Of a stretch of DNA of 64,000 nt, positions 12,590 through 24,239 are shown one piece after another. Made by a program: the position numbers and the translations under genes. The stretch is from Cetorhinus maximus. Lineage: Eukaryota. Every line of letters begins with the position of its first letter. Within the stretch, counting starts at the first letter, position 1. The DNA is taken from positions 83,142,001 to 83,206,000 of the forward strand of contig NC_135892.1 in the NCBI RefSeq assembly GCF_964194155.1, written 5' to 3'. The notes under the pieces are model-generated. The model did not search any database. It was not told the DNA's origin and saw nothing but the letters and a program-made list of their open reading frames with translations.

Positions 12590-13396
12590 TGCCAGGGCTC
12601 CTTTCAGCGCTCCGCAGGTGACATCTGTGGGATATCGCAAGCCTCCATTCACAGATGCATCCATGAGGTCACAGTTGCCATCTTACTGAAGGCACACAAT
12701 TTTGTGCATTTTGCCTGGGTCCAGGAGACTGCGGTCACATGGCACTCAGATCTCTGGCAACAAGGGGTCAGCTATGTCAACCGCAAGGGCTTCCATTCAC
12801 TGAATGTGCAGCTAGTATGCAACAACCACAAATGCATCCTGCAGGTCTGCACATGGTTTCCAGAGAGTGTTCACGACTCCTAGATTCTCAGTCAGCCTCA
12901 GCTCCCTGACACCTTCCAGGGTCCACAGAGGCTGCAGGGATGGCTCCTTGGAGACAAGGGCTGCCCAAAGAGGACATGGCTGATGACACCCATGTGGCAG
13001 CCTCAGACTGCAGCAGGGAGAAGGTACAATGGGGCTCATGCTGCAACTCGCACCTTGGTGGAGCAAACCATCGGGATGCTGAAAATGATGTTCCGGTGCC
13101 TGGACCGGTCTGGCGGAGCCCTGCAACACAGTCCACAAAGGGTGTCTCGCATCGTCGTCGCCTGCTGTGCCCTTTACACTCTGGCACTGCAACAGGGAGG
13201 GGAGCTGGCTGAGGAGGAAATGGAGGAGCCGGAGGTCTCCTCCATTGAGGTAGACTTCGATGGGAATGAGGGTGAGGAGGTCCATGAAGGCGAGGATGAT
13301 GGCAGTGAGGTCATCGCTCTGGCCAGACGAGGCAGGCATGCCCGGGAGGCCCTCATAGCTGCAGTATTTGTGGAGGATGATGATGACATGCAGTGA
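12590..13396 (+). pseudogene. Harbinger DDE transposase (HARBI1-like), N-terminally deleted and disrupted
   Basis: NRKGFHSLNVQLVC, WLLGDKG and TRTLVEQTIGMLKMMFRCLDRSGGALQ motifs; acidic C-terminus. Confidence 0.9.
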
Positions 13397-14129
13397 GGAG
13401 ATACAATAAATCTTCATGTTGCATCCGTGAATGTTTGTCTCCAGTCTGACTTATGGCAGTGCACATACTCTCTGTGATAATGCTCCTGTCATGGGGGCAC
13501 AGCGGCAGCCCTAATAGTCACTCAATTGCAGGAGGATGATGACGACATGCAGCGAGGACACTCCATAGATCTTCTCATAGCCTATGTGAATGTCTGACTC
13601 CTATCTGGCTGAGGGCAGCTCGCTTGCGCTCTGTGATCAGGGTCATAACATGGAGACGCAGCCGTGAAACTTTAAATGCACCTGATCCTTTGTCAGCCTT
13701 CAGCACCTGACCCCTTCAGGAGCACAGCGTCACTGGTCATAGATGCTGAAGAGATTGGGAGTGGGGGGGCAGCCCCATCTCAAAGGTGCTGAGCTCACAC
13801 AGAGAGAATGACGGAACTCTGTGACGCCTGCCCATGGCATTCTGGCAGCAATGACAAGCACCATCGAGGTGCAGGCATCACTAATGTTTCCAGGGAGTGT
13901 GAGACCGGACCATCACTTTGGTCTGAAGGTTACACAGTGCACAGGGAAGAGGCCCTGGACTGAGACACCTGCCTTTATCTTGTGCAGGAACCAAGGTTTC
14001 AGATCTGAGTGACACGAACACTGTTCATCATAACAAGGAGCTATAGGCAGGGAGACATTCTAGGGAGTTTATTTAAAATAGTGAATGCTATGTATAAGTG
14101 ATTAATACCCGTGCCCAGGCTGTGCAACT

Positions 14130-15849
14130 ATGTCTTCTTAACCTTCTTAACCCTGCCGCTGCGTTTTGGTGCTCTCCCGACATCTACTACAGAGGTGGAG
14201 GCAGCCTGCTGACTGCTACACCCTGTCTGTGATGACCTTGATGGGCACCCTCAGGAAGGCCAAGACCTGGAGGGCCCCGGCCTGCTTTTGGGATCCTGCT
14301 GTGTGGCAGTGGCACCCTCCTCAGCCTGTGGAGCTGGAACTGCTGGGGTCACAGGAACAGGGGATTCGGATGGGCCGGACACTCCCAGAGTCACCTGGGT
14401 GGTTGGCCCTGGGGTGTGCACCTGCTGATCCTCCTCCATATGGGTGCCCGCAGGCCCCTCGCTGACTTCTTGAGGAGAAGGGGGAGCTGGAGTGAGATCG
14501 AGCTGCCCCTCACCCCTCTCACATTAACACTGCTGGAGGCTAATTATGGCATTAACGATGGAGTTCAGCTCGTGCATCAGTGCAGGACTGATGTCCGGAA
14601 CCAAGATCTCCCTGGCAGCCACCATCCTGCCAGTGTTGACCTCAGTATCTCGGCATGCTGGCGCTCTCATCTCAGGCTGAAGGCAGACAGACTCCTCCAT
14701 TATGCTTTGCAACCTGAGGAGCGCAGCGGACATCCCTTCCTGATGTTCCCGAGCTTGCCTTTGCAGCTACAGCAATTGAAGTATGACCGAGTCCAGAGGC
14801 TTGTCATCTAACTCGGGCTCAGCAGATTTCTGGCCTCCAGCAGTCCTCTGAGTGCCAGAAACCTGGGAAGTCCCTGCATCCACCTGCTGTGGATCAGATG
14901 ATGCAATGTGCCCACCAGATTGTGATCGCAAGGCTACTCTAGAACTTGGACCCACCGAGGTGTGTGCACTGTTGCAAGGTGTGGGTGAGTGGTGTGACAG
15001 GTCTTCAATGAGGGTGCCTTCAGATTTTTTCTCCAAGATGTCTTTGGGGCTTGATTGGAGGCCCTGGGTCATAGACTCTGTCAGTTGTTTGGCAGATGTG
15101 CCTGCAAAAGCAAGGAGAGATAATTAGTGCATGGCAGTGGCCTGTGAAACAGGACACATCACTCACAGCATGGTTGTCTGATGGATGTTGCACTGCTGGA
15201 CCCTCACTCGGCTGAGCACCGCCGACCTCAACGTCAGTGCAGGAATGGTCCAGATCCTCACTCGGCCAGCTGGATGACTTGATTTTCAAAGTCCACGAGG
15301 ACCTTGATTTCAGCCATTCCTCCACCAGTCTGCGACCTCTCCCTCTTGCTGTGAGCCAGTTTGTCCTGCATGAATATGAAGATGGGGAGAGTGTAAGCAG
15401 GATGCCTGCATGCCAGGTAATAAGTATGCCTGACATGTGTGGGTGGTGAGTGGTCCCATGGGTGGCATGAGGACAATGACGGTGTGTGTGAGAGAGTGAA
15501 TGGTGATGTCTCTTGAACTGGTATTGAGTGAGATCCCTGTGGATGTGTGATGGGTTTGTGAGCGCATGAGTTGAGAGTGATGAGAAGAGTGAGTTACCCT
15601 GGTAAGACAGAGGAGATCATGCATGCTCTTGCGGCATTGGGCGGCTGTCCTCATTTGCAGGGCATTGGCTCTGACCACCACTGCCACCACCTCCCAATCC
15701 GGATTAGTGATGTTGCTGCCCCTCCTGCGGCCAGAGCTGGGGTAGAGATCATCATGGCGGGCCTCCACAGAGACCAAAAGCAATTGAGGGATGCCTTACT
15801 AAACCAGGGCAGGGCCTGGGGCTGCAGTTTGCTTGCCTTTCCGGGCCAT
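14130..15849 (-). pseudogene. Harbinger Myb/SANT (trihelix-like) DNA-binding gene, multi-exon
   Basis: ATG at 15849 (MARKGKQTAAP). WEVVAVVVRANALQMRTAAQCRKSMHDL ends at a gtaact donor near 15597; the next exon begins catgcag|gacaaactg. Confidence 0.82.
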
Positions 15850-16126
15850 GTCTTCCATGCAGCAGTCCTGGGCTCGAAGCACTGAGAGGTGTGCACGCGG
15901 CTGCACTTTAAATATGGCGCCCAGTGTGAGTAGGTGACGAGGTGGTGGCATGGCTGGTGAATGATAGCCTGCCCGCCATCAAAATGGCATGTTTCCCAGG
16001 AATGCGTGATTAATGAGGCTGGATTGGGAAGATACGGCATGATAAGCAGCCATTGCAGCCTGCAGGATAAACGCTCTTTTTCCTGCACGGTTGCGCATTT
16101 AGTGCAAACCTGGGACGGTTCCGCCC

Positions 16127-16425
16127 ATAGTGTCTTTAACGTAGTAAAGCATACCAAGGTGCTTCACAGGAGCATTATCAAACAAAATTTGACACCGAGC
16201 AACATAAGAAGATATTGGGACAGGTGACCAAAAGTTTGTTCAAAGGGGTAGATTTCAAAGAGCATCTGATAGGAGGAGAGAAGCGTAAGAGTTTAGGGAG
16301 GGAATTCAAGTATTGAAGACCTAGGCAGCTGAAGGCAATACTACCAGTGGTGGAGTGCTGGAAATCGGTGATGCATTAAGAGATCAGAATTGGAGAAGAA
16401 CAGTGATCTCAAAGGTTCTTAGGAC
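16127..16425 (-). mobile_element. L2 3' end (continues from 12525-12564)
   Basis: Reverse complement of the L2 tails at 26950-27290 and 32850-33140. Confidence 0.8.
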
Positions 16426-16944
16426 GACACACCCTAACAAAAGCTGACTGATGGCTTCATGAAGCTGATGCAGCTCAGAAAAAAAAGGGCCAGCATCAAA
16501 GTAGCTCCAAACTACGATGTTATGGTATGGGAGGGCCATTAGACTGAAAATGTAACTGGAAATGGGCTTGTTATAACTAAAGCGACAGATATATCAAACG
16601 TTCAATTTTATTGTAGAAGGAGCACAAAAGTGGAGCCGTGTAAATATCTGAAACTTTCGAAGGGTGAGATTATGAGATTAATTTCCTAGTGATGGTCTCT
16701 TGTATTTCCCCTGGACAATTTTGATCTTTCGCACTGTAATTGGTGTGCATTTCAGCGTTTGACCTGACCACAATTCTGCCTTTCAAGCCAAAGCAAAGGT
16801 ACCCTGGAAGATTAGTAGATGTTTTAAAAATAAAAGTGAAGATATTTCTACAGCCTTGGATACAATAAAAAGTTCAGTTCCTCCTATCAAAATCTAACTG
16901 AGATACGCAATGCTGATTTGTGAACTGAAACTTGCTATCCCATT

Positions 16945-18145
16945 TAAAATGAAGCTGAGTCAGGAGGTCATGGGTTCAAACCCCACTCCAGAAACAAGCA
17001 TATCAGCCAAGCTGGCAGTGCAATATTATTGGAATATCATGTGAGACATTAATCTGAGGCCTCATCTGTTCTGTCTGGTGGATGTAAAAGCTCCCATGGA
17101 ATTTTTTTGAAGAAGTGTAAGTGAGTTCTCTTCTGTGACCTGGCTTACATTTATCCTTCCACCAGTGTCACTAAAACAGTTTCTGAAAATTTAATAAATT
17201 AGAACTGAAAATGCTGGAGCCTCTCAGCAGGTCAAGCAGCATCTATGGAGAAAGAAACACAGTTGATGTTTTAGGCCATTGAGCTTTCATCAGAATTAAA
17301 AAGATGCTTCTGGGATCTTGCTGTGCTTTCCCATATGTCAACAGCAGCCCCAATATTAATGGGAAGTGGGAAGGACGTGAGGGAATGCTGATGTAGCATT
17401 GGGGAAAACCCAGCAAGACCTGGAATGCAGCGATTCTTGCCAAATTCTACAGTAGGACCTCATAATGACCTTTCTCTTCCGGTTCCCACCTGGCAGCCGG
17501 TCAAATTAACCTGTCAGGCAGGAAATCAGGCAGCAGGAGGCCACAACCTTAGGAGACAATTCCCGGAAAGGAAGGTCAACGTTTGGGTTTCTGGAGAGCA
17601 GAGGAAAGGTTAGAAAGTTGGGCTTGGGGTGGGTGAGATTAGCTCGATGGAAAGAGAAGCCATCAGCTCTGGGGAAGAGAGAGGCCGTGATCAGCAGAGG
17701 GGAGGAAAAAAGCTTCCTTGAGGAGTCAGGGTGTCACTCCTGCTTCGCGTTTCATGGTCCACAAGGAGTGCTGCAATAGAATTGGCAAATCCAGCATCCA
17801 GTTCACTGGCACATCTCCCTTGGGAAACCTGTGCGGCATCTGTAAAATTTTAATCGGACTCCTAACTGTACTGTGTGAGCCCAATTTAAATATGTTAATA
17901 AAATATCCTACCCCTTCATGGCAAGACACTTGGAAGCCTTGAAATCTGCCACTGTAAAAATGGCAACCAGCCGTAGACTTCAAGTTAGGGGTACGTGCTC
18001 CATTTAAAAATTTTTTAACCTTATCCTCTCACACCCATTGATTTAATATCAAGGTCAATGTTTCCATTTCAGAAGTTCTTAATTCGCTGTAAAGCAGTTT
18101 GGGCTGCCTCGAGGTCCTGAAAAGCCCAGTGGAAATTCTTTCTTT
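16945..18145 (+). mobile_element. DeuSINE-type SINE split by a Penelope fragment (about 17195-17300) and a MITE
   Basis: B box ggttcaaaccc; Deu-like core (gtggatgtaaaagctcccatgg...gaagaag...catttatcc); tail pieces at 17305-17345 and 18057-18145. Confidence 0.7.
17346..18056. mobile_element. Old Harbinger-type MITE
   Basis: Degenerate TIRs agccccaatattaa / ttaatatcaaggtc; it interrupts the SINE tail. Confidence 0.6.
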
Positions 18146-18241
18146 TGTAAGTGATAAATAAAAATGAGTAAATAGCTGCAATTTCAATTTCTTACGTTTT
18201 TTTTTCTGCTCAGCCCATAATGCTGCCTCTGAATAGCTAAA

Positions 18242-18912
18242 GGGGAAAATTTTTCCTACGGCGGGCAGGCTGGGCGGAAGCGGGTGTGGAGCCGATCACC
18301 ACCCACGATCAGCTGCGCGCCGCCATTTTATGCAGGCAGGCCAATTAAGGCCCGCCCAGCATAACGCGCGGCCAGTAGCGCTCAGCACTACCTGTGCGGG
18401 CAGGGGAGAGGAGGGAGAGTCGGGGCTTGCGTTCTTTCATGCATACATGCAAAAGAGCCTCAGGGAGATTGAGTTGATAATAAAACTTTTTAATAAATAA
18501 AGTAAAAAATTATTTAAACATGTCCCCTCATGTGATAGTGTCACATGAGCTGGGACATGTTTGTGAATTTTGCAAAATATACTTCATTATTTAATAAAAC
18601 TTTCAGGAAACCTCATCCCAACCCATGGATGAGGTTTCCTGAAAAACGTGAAGGCCGCTTGGGCTCTCCGCCTGCCCGCCAACATTAAGATTGGATGGGC
18701 AGCGTTGTTAACAACTTTAATTACTTTTTCAATGGCCTTAATAGGCCGTTGACGGTTTGGCGGGCGTACAGTCGACTCCAGCGCGCACCCGCCAAACGAA
18801 ATATCGAAATGACACGTGATGACATCAGGACGCATGCCCAACGTCATCGCATGTCATTTTATGCATCACCGTGTTGGGCCTACCCCCGCTCGCCGACGGC
18901 GATATTCTGCCC
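18242..18912. mobile_element. Harbinger-derived MITE
   Basis: TIRs ggggaaaatttt / gatattctgccc; TSD aaa/aaa; internal hairpin at 18601-18643; homologous to 22582 in inverted orientation. Confidence 0.88.
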
Positions 18913-19329
18913 AAAGAATCTTCTACATCTACAAGCACACTCCCCCGCCTTTTCACATAACAAAGCAATGCTCCTACAGGCTGGTAAAGAGTAATGAAAG
19001 AAGCATAAGGAATCTTTTTAGAGGGACATTGACATTTATTAAATAATTTTCAATAATGTAAAGTTTGGCTTGCTTGAAAACTAGAATATTTGTTACTTCA
19101 AATAGAAAGTGGGTTACACATCTGACTCTCCCTAAAGATTTTATTCTTATTTTACTTGTACATGTGTGGCATAGATCACTGTTTAATGTTTATTTCTTTA
19201 TAGTACGGCTATAATACCCTTGACGTTTTCCTTTAATTCTAAAGGCACTGTTTGACTGCACAATTGGCAATATGAGGGTAGAAGACTCTGAGATCTTTCA
19301 GGAGAAAAGGGAAGTGGGAGAATGAGTGC

Positions 19330-19390
19330 ATGTACATATATAACCCTGTGAGTCACAGACCATGGCTGAGTATTCATGATTGGCTGCATA
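19330..19390 (-). promoter_or_regulatory. Candidate Pol II core promoter: CCAAT, AP-1 palindrome and TATA
   Basis: Minus strand reads agccaatc (19378-19385), ctgtgactcacag (19346-19358), then ttatatat (19336-19343). Confidence 0.4.
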
Positions 19391-19535
19391 TACAGCTGCC
19401 TTTAACTTTTCCCTTACCTCGTCCATAAAGCATAATTAAAAACTTTATCCTTGTATGAACTTGGGCATGATGAGCTGAATTTCTTCGAGTATTACCATTT
19501 TTGTCAAGAAAATGAATGTGGCTATTTTTACTTAC

Positions 19536-19626
19536 CTTCTAGGCATTGAAAATAGATCTCAGAGTGTTTCACAGCTACAGGTCTGCCTACAGTCGTTGTG
19601 TTGGCAGGCTGCATAATATTTTCCAT
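19536..19626 (-). CDS. Candidate first coding exon MENIMQPANTTTVGRPVAVKHSEIYFQCLE (gene not identified)
   Basis: ctcATGG start, upstream in-frame stop, 30 codons plus 1 nt, consensus donor AAG|gtaagt; it lies downstream of the 20270 module in unique DNA. Confidence 0.3.
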
Positions 19627-20264
19627 GAGTGAATAACTGTTCAGGAGTATTACAACATTGATATGAATGAGTCAATTTAACAACAACATAAACATCTTGA
19701 GTTGAGAAGCAGTTCCCAAAACTAGGGAAACTGTAGGCTGTTGAAAGTTACCAATGATCAGACAGAAAGCTCAAACTTTTTTTAAAAGCTGAGACTGAAA
19801 CAAGCTGACCCAGAACCAGTGCGGAATGAAGCCAATATCAAATTATTTGCCCAAGGAACTTGGAAGTCAGCATGTTAAATTATTTTAAAACTTATTTGTC
19901 TCTGTACAGACAGTACTATTTCAAATTGTTTACGTTTAGCCAAAAGAAAGAGGTGACAAATCATGCTGAATTATTCAGCCTGATTTACATCACATCGCTA
20001 AGCTGTCTGTTTTCAATATCTCAGTACTGTTACAGAAAAAAAAGCAGTGTAAGTTTAGAATTTTTAAAAAATTACTAAAGGGGAGCAGACCTCGTGATTA
20101 GAAATGTTTGATTTTATTCATTCATTCAGAAACATGATACTTAAATCACTTTAAAATTCATTGTCTTTGTTTTGCTCTCGGTACATCATTTTACATTGAA
20201 TTAAATATTCTAATTTACTCTCCCCAGTTCAGACTCTGCCTGCCCCAGTAAGCATGCATTATTT

Positions 20265-20300
20265 ATGCATTATATAACCAATCCATGAATGATTGGCTGA
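20265..20300 (-). promoter_or_regulatory. Candidate Pol II core promoter: two opposed CCAAT boxes plus TATA
   Basis: Minus strand reads cagccaatcattcatggattggttatataa. Confidence 0.45.
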
Positions 20301-20337
20301 GGACACACGGTGTTGCCCTCTTCGTAGAGATTCTAGA

Positions 20338-20356
20338 ACCCCTCTAGAGGGCGCCT
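20338..20356 (+). promoter_or_regulatory. CTCF-like motif
   Basis: cctctagagggcgc (20341-20354) closely fits the CCASYAGRKGGCRS core. Confidence 0.55.
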
Positions 20357-21124
20357 CGCTCAATGACAGTGAGTAGCCATACAAAAGCCCATAAAAAGCC
20401 TGTGGGCAGCTGTGAGTCTACTGAACAGTGAGCTCCATTCGATAGCCACTGACTGGTTGAAAAAAGGCAAAAAAGGAGTTAAGTTGGAAATGAGCAGAAA
20501 GGACAGTTGGGACATACAATAATGTGTGAGTGATTAAATTAGCAGAAGGTAATGACTCTGATCACCTCAGCAATAGTTTAAATTAACAGCTTGAAATTCG
20601 CCACAGGCCGAAGGGAGCAGCCGAGACTGCTGAGGATACACAAAGAGAATAAACCATATAAGGCAATGCATAAACTTATAACCAATCATGGCGTTAAGTG
20701 AAATAAGCGGGAGATTTGAATGTAAGAAAGGGATGATTTGATAAAGATATGTTACTGCCTGAAGAGTTTGAGCCTAGGCTTGACTGTATTCACTTATTGC
20801 ACCAAAATAAAGGCAAGGCAAGAAAAAAAGATCGAGCCTGCCTATCGCTTTACCCAATGGATTTAACTTCACTGACTGCAAAATCTGGGCCAATAATATC
20901 AAGAGGAAATAAGTTGGGGTTCTTCTCAGTTCTTCATCTTTCCCCTACAATAAGAGGATTTCCAAAATTGTTTTCTCCTCCTTTTTTGTTTCTCCCCTTT
21001 TTATCCGAATAGGTCTTTCTACCTTGGCACTACCCCCTTCTGGTACCTTATCAAATTAATTATTATTTGTGTGTCAGTCTTGCCAGTGCTTGCATGTTAT
21101 TTAACTTTTAGGGGTGTTACAGTC

Positions 21125-21680
21125 TAAGCCTCCTGTCCTCCCTGATATCTATCCTTGGCCCCTCCTATTTCTCACCTACATAACTGTCCCTCAGTGACAT
21201 CATCTGAAGGGACACCGTTAGTTTTCATGTATATACTGATGGCACCCAGCTCTACCTCACTACTGCCTCTCTCTCAACTCCTCCACTGTTGCTAAATTAT
21301 CAGACTGCTTATCTGACAGATATTGGATGAGCAGAAACTTCCTCCAATTAAATAGTGAGGAGACTGAAGCCATTGTTTTCAGTCTCCACTCCAAACACCA
21401 TTCCCTAGCTACTGACTCCATCGCTCTCTCTGATAACAACCCAAGACAGGTTTTCAACCTTGGTGTCATATTTTACCCGGAGATGAACTTCCAACAACAT
21501 ATCGTGTCATCACTAAGACGGCCTATTTCCACCTCTAAAACATCGCCCAACTTTGGTCTCAACTTTTGTCTCAGGTCATCTGCTGCTGAAACATTCATTC
21601 CTTTGTTACCTCTAGACTTGACTATTCCAATTCAGCCCTGGCTGATCTCTTGCATTCTACCCTCCATAACCTTGAGGTCA
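21125..21680 (+). mobile_element. L2 LINE fragment (RT region), left part
   Basis: SILGPLLF..Y, YTDGTQLY and WMSRNFLQLNSEETEAIVF motifs. Confidence 0.85.
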
Positions 21681-24225
21681 GCATTCCAAGTCTGGGAACA
21701 GGATCCAAACGCCACAGAAAAGAAGCCCATCCAACAGCCAACCGAACAGCCAACTGAAGTTCAAAGAAGAACCCTCAATTTGAAGAACAAATGATGGACA
21801 AAGAAAGCTGAGGAAATTCAACTTCTCACTGTCATGCATGACACGTGTGTCTTTTTCAAGGCAAAAAAGAGGTCTATGAACCCTCAACACATGAACCAAC
21901 ACCGGTAAGATCCAAAGATAATAAGACTCTCCTCAAGGACACAGGCAGTCTCAACACCTGCTGGAAAGAGCACTTTGTAGAACTATTCAATCAGAACGCC
22001 ATGGTGGACATGCAACTGCTAGAGAACCTCCCACAACATATGATCAGAAGTGAACTAGACAATGATCCAATGCTTGGCGAATGATCCAACTGCTGCCAGC
22101 CAGATAAAAACCAACAATGATTTTGGTGCTGACAGTAGCCCCACAGAAGTACTGAAATATGAAGGAGACATACTGATCTCTCAGGTACATGCCCTATTTA
22201 TGAAGCCCTGGTAGAATGAAGGAATTCCAAACGACCTTAGAGATGTCATGATGATCCCAATCTTCAAGAAAGGGGGATAATCAAACTCTAGTAACTACAG
22301 GAGAATAGCATTGCTCTCAACTCTGACAAAATCCTAGCTCGGTTACTCCTTAATCACTTCTCACCAATCGCAGAGGAGGTTCCTCCATAGTTCCAGTGTG
22401 GCTTCCAAACTGCATAATCTCATAAAAGCTTTTGACTCAGTGAATTGAATGGAAGGAGCTACAATGACATAGATGTCCAGCTGAGTTCACAATCGTCATC
22501 TGTCTCCTACATGACAATATGCAAATAACAATACTATGCAATAGCTCCACCACAGCGCCTTTCACTGTCACAATAGACAGTGGCCAGAATATTACCGTCG
22601 GCATATGGGGGCAGTCCCAACACGCCAACGCGTAAAATGACACGCGATGACGTCGGGCGTGCATCCCGACATCATCACGCGTCATTTCGATATTGCGTTC
22701 GGTGGGTGCACGCCGGAGGCCTATTAAGGTCATTAAAAAAGTAATTGATGTTGTTAACAGTGCTGCCCGTCCAACCTTAAGGTTGGTGGGCAGGCGAAGA
22801 GCCCAAGCGGCCTTCGCATTTTTCAGAAAACCTCATCCAAGGGCGGGATGAGGTTTCCTGAAGGTTTAATAAAATAATTAAATAAATTTTGCAAAGTGCA
22901 CAAACATGTCCCAGCTCATGTGACACGAAGCTGCCTCAGGGAGATTGCTGCGCTTTTTCCTGCGCATGCGCAAAAGTGCGCAGGCCCCAACATTCCCTCC
23001 TCCCCCCACCCACACAGATAGTGCCACCGGCTGCGTATTACACTGGGTGAGCCTTAATTGGCCCGCCCACACAAAATGGCGGCGCGCAGCCGATCGCGGG
23101 TGGCGATCGGCTCTGTGCTCACTCCCGCCCAGCCAGCCCGACATAGGCAAGATTCAACCCAGTGTGTTTAATAGCGGTGTGCAATTGCACCAACAGTATC
23201 CTTAATCTTTCTTGCAGCAATGTGGCAGCTTAGTACTGACAGGCTCCCCTCAGGTGTGGTATTAACTTATTGCAGCAATGGCAAACTCTTCAACATCAAA
23301 CGGCTGAAGGTCACAACCACTCCTGTAATAGGACTATAGTATGCTGACGATGCACGCATCAGTGCTTACTCCGAAGAAAAACTACAAAAGATAGTTGATG
23401 TATTTACCAAAGCCTATGGGAATATGGGACTTGCTCTGAACACCAGGAAGGCCAAAGTCCTCTATCAACTCACACCAAATGTATCAAATCCAATCACTTC
23501 AATTGAGACTCATGGTGAAATATTGAGAAATGTCCCTCACGTCCCATATCTTTGAATCTGTCTATCCCGAAAGCTGACATGATGAAGAGGTATATCATTG
23601 AATCCAGTGTGCTACTCAGCCTATGGTAAATCATGTTCTCGGGTTTTCAATAATCGTGACATCAAGCCTTGACACTAAACTTGAAGTGTTTTGGGCAGTG
23701 GTTCTCCCTACAATTGTCTACAGTGCTGAAACCTGGACAACTTATAGGCACCATGTTAAGGCCCTAGAACAACATCATCAACACTGTCTTAGAAGGATCT
23801 TGTGAATTAAATGAGAGGACAAAAAGAGAAACATGAGCATCTTCCAAGACACAGGTGCGCCAAGTATAGAGGCTGTGATAATCTCACATCAGCCGAGATG
23901 GACAGAGCATGGCATCAGAATGGCCGACCCGAGACTGCCCAAAGGTGCTGTACTCAGAGCTATAACAGGGAGCTTGTTCACAGGGAGGCCAAAGGAAACA
24001 TTTCACAGTTGGGGGTGGGGGGGCAAGGCAGCACAGACTGAAGGAAGTACTCAAGTATATGCTGGGGTTTGGGGGGGGAGGGTGAGGGAAGAGGCCACAC
24101 ACTTGGAAAAGCTTGTCAAAAGTGAGCATTCTTCCACAGCTGAGACCGTTCAGCAGCAGCTCCATTGACAGGCTTGGAGTCGGGCCTCTGAAGTTCTTTT
24201 GCCCACTCAAGCAACACGAAAGCAT
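21681..24225 (+). mobile_element. RTE-clade LINE, degenerate, interrupted by a MITE
   Basis: WKEHFVELFN, SNYRRIALLS, YADD and VVLPTIVYSAETWTTYRHHVKALEQ motifs. Confidence 0.87.
22582..23160. mobile_element. Harbinger-derived MITE inserted in the RTE
   Basis: TIRs ggccagaatatt / aagattcaaccc; perfect TSD agt (22579-22581 / 23161-23163). Confidence 0.9.
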
Positions 24226-24239
24226 GAATGTGCCACCAA

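Larger units (their letters stand above)
12565..16126. mobile_element. Harbinger/PIF transposon, copy A (two convergent genes, internally deleted)
   Basis: TIRs gggcagaattttcc / ggacggttccgccc; 3-bp TSD ata (12562-12564 / 16127-16129). It splits an L2 3' end. Confidence 0.92.

Noticed and set aside
12812-13417. 201-aa minus-strand ORF and similar antisense ORFs over LINEs
   Set aside because: These are shadow frames of GC-rich transposase or RT coding sequence.
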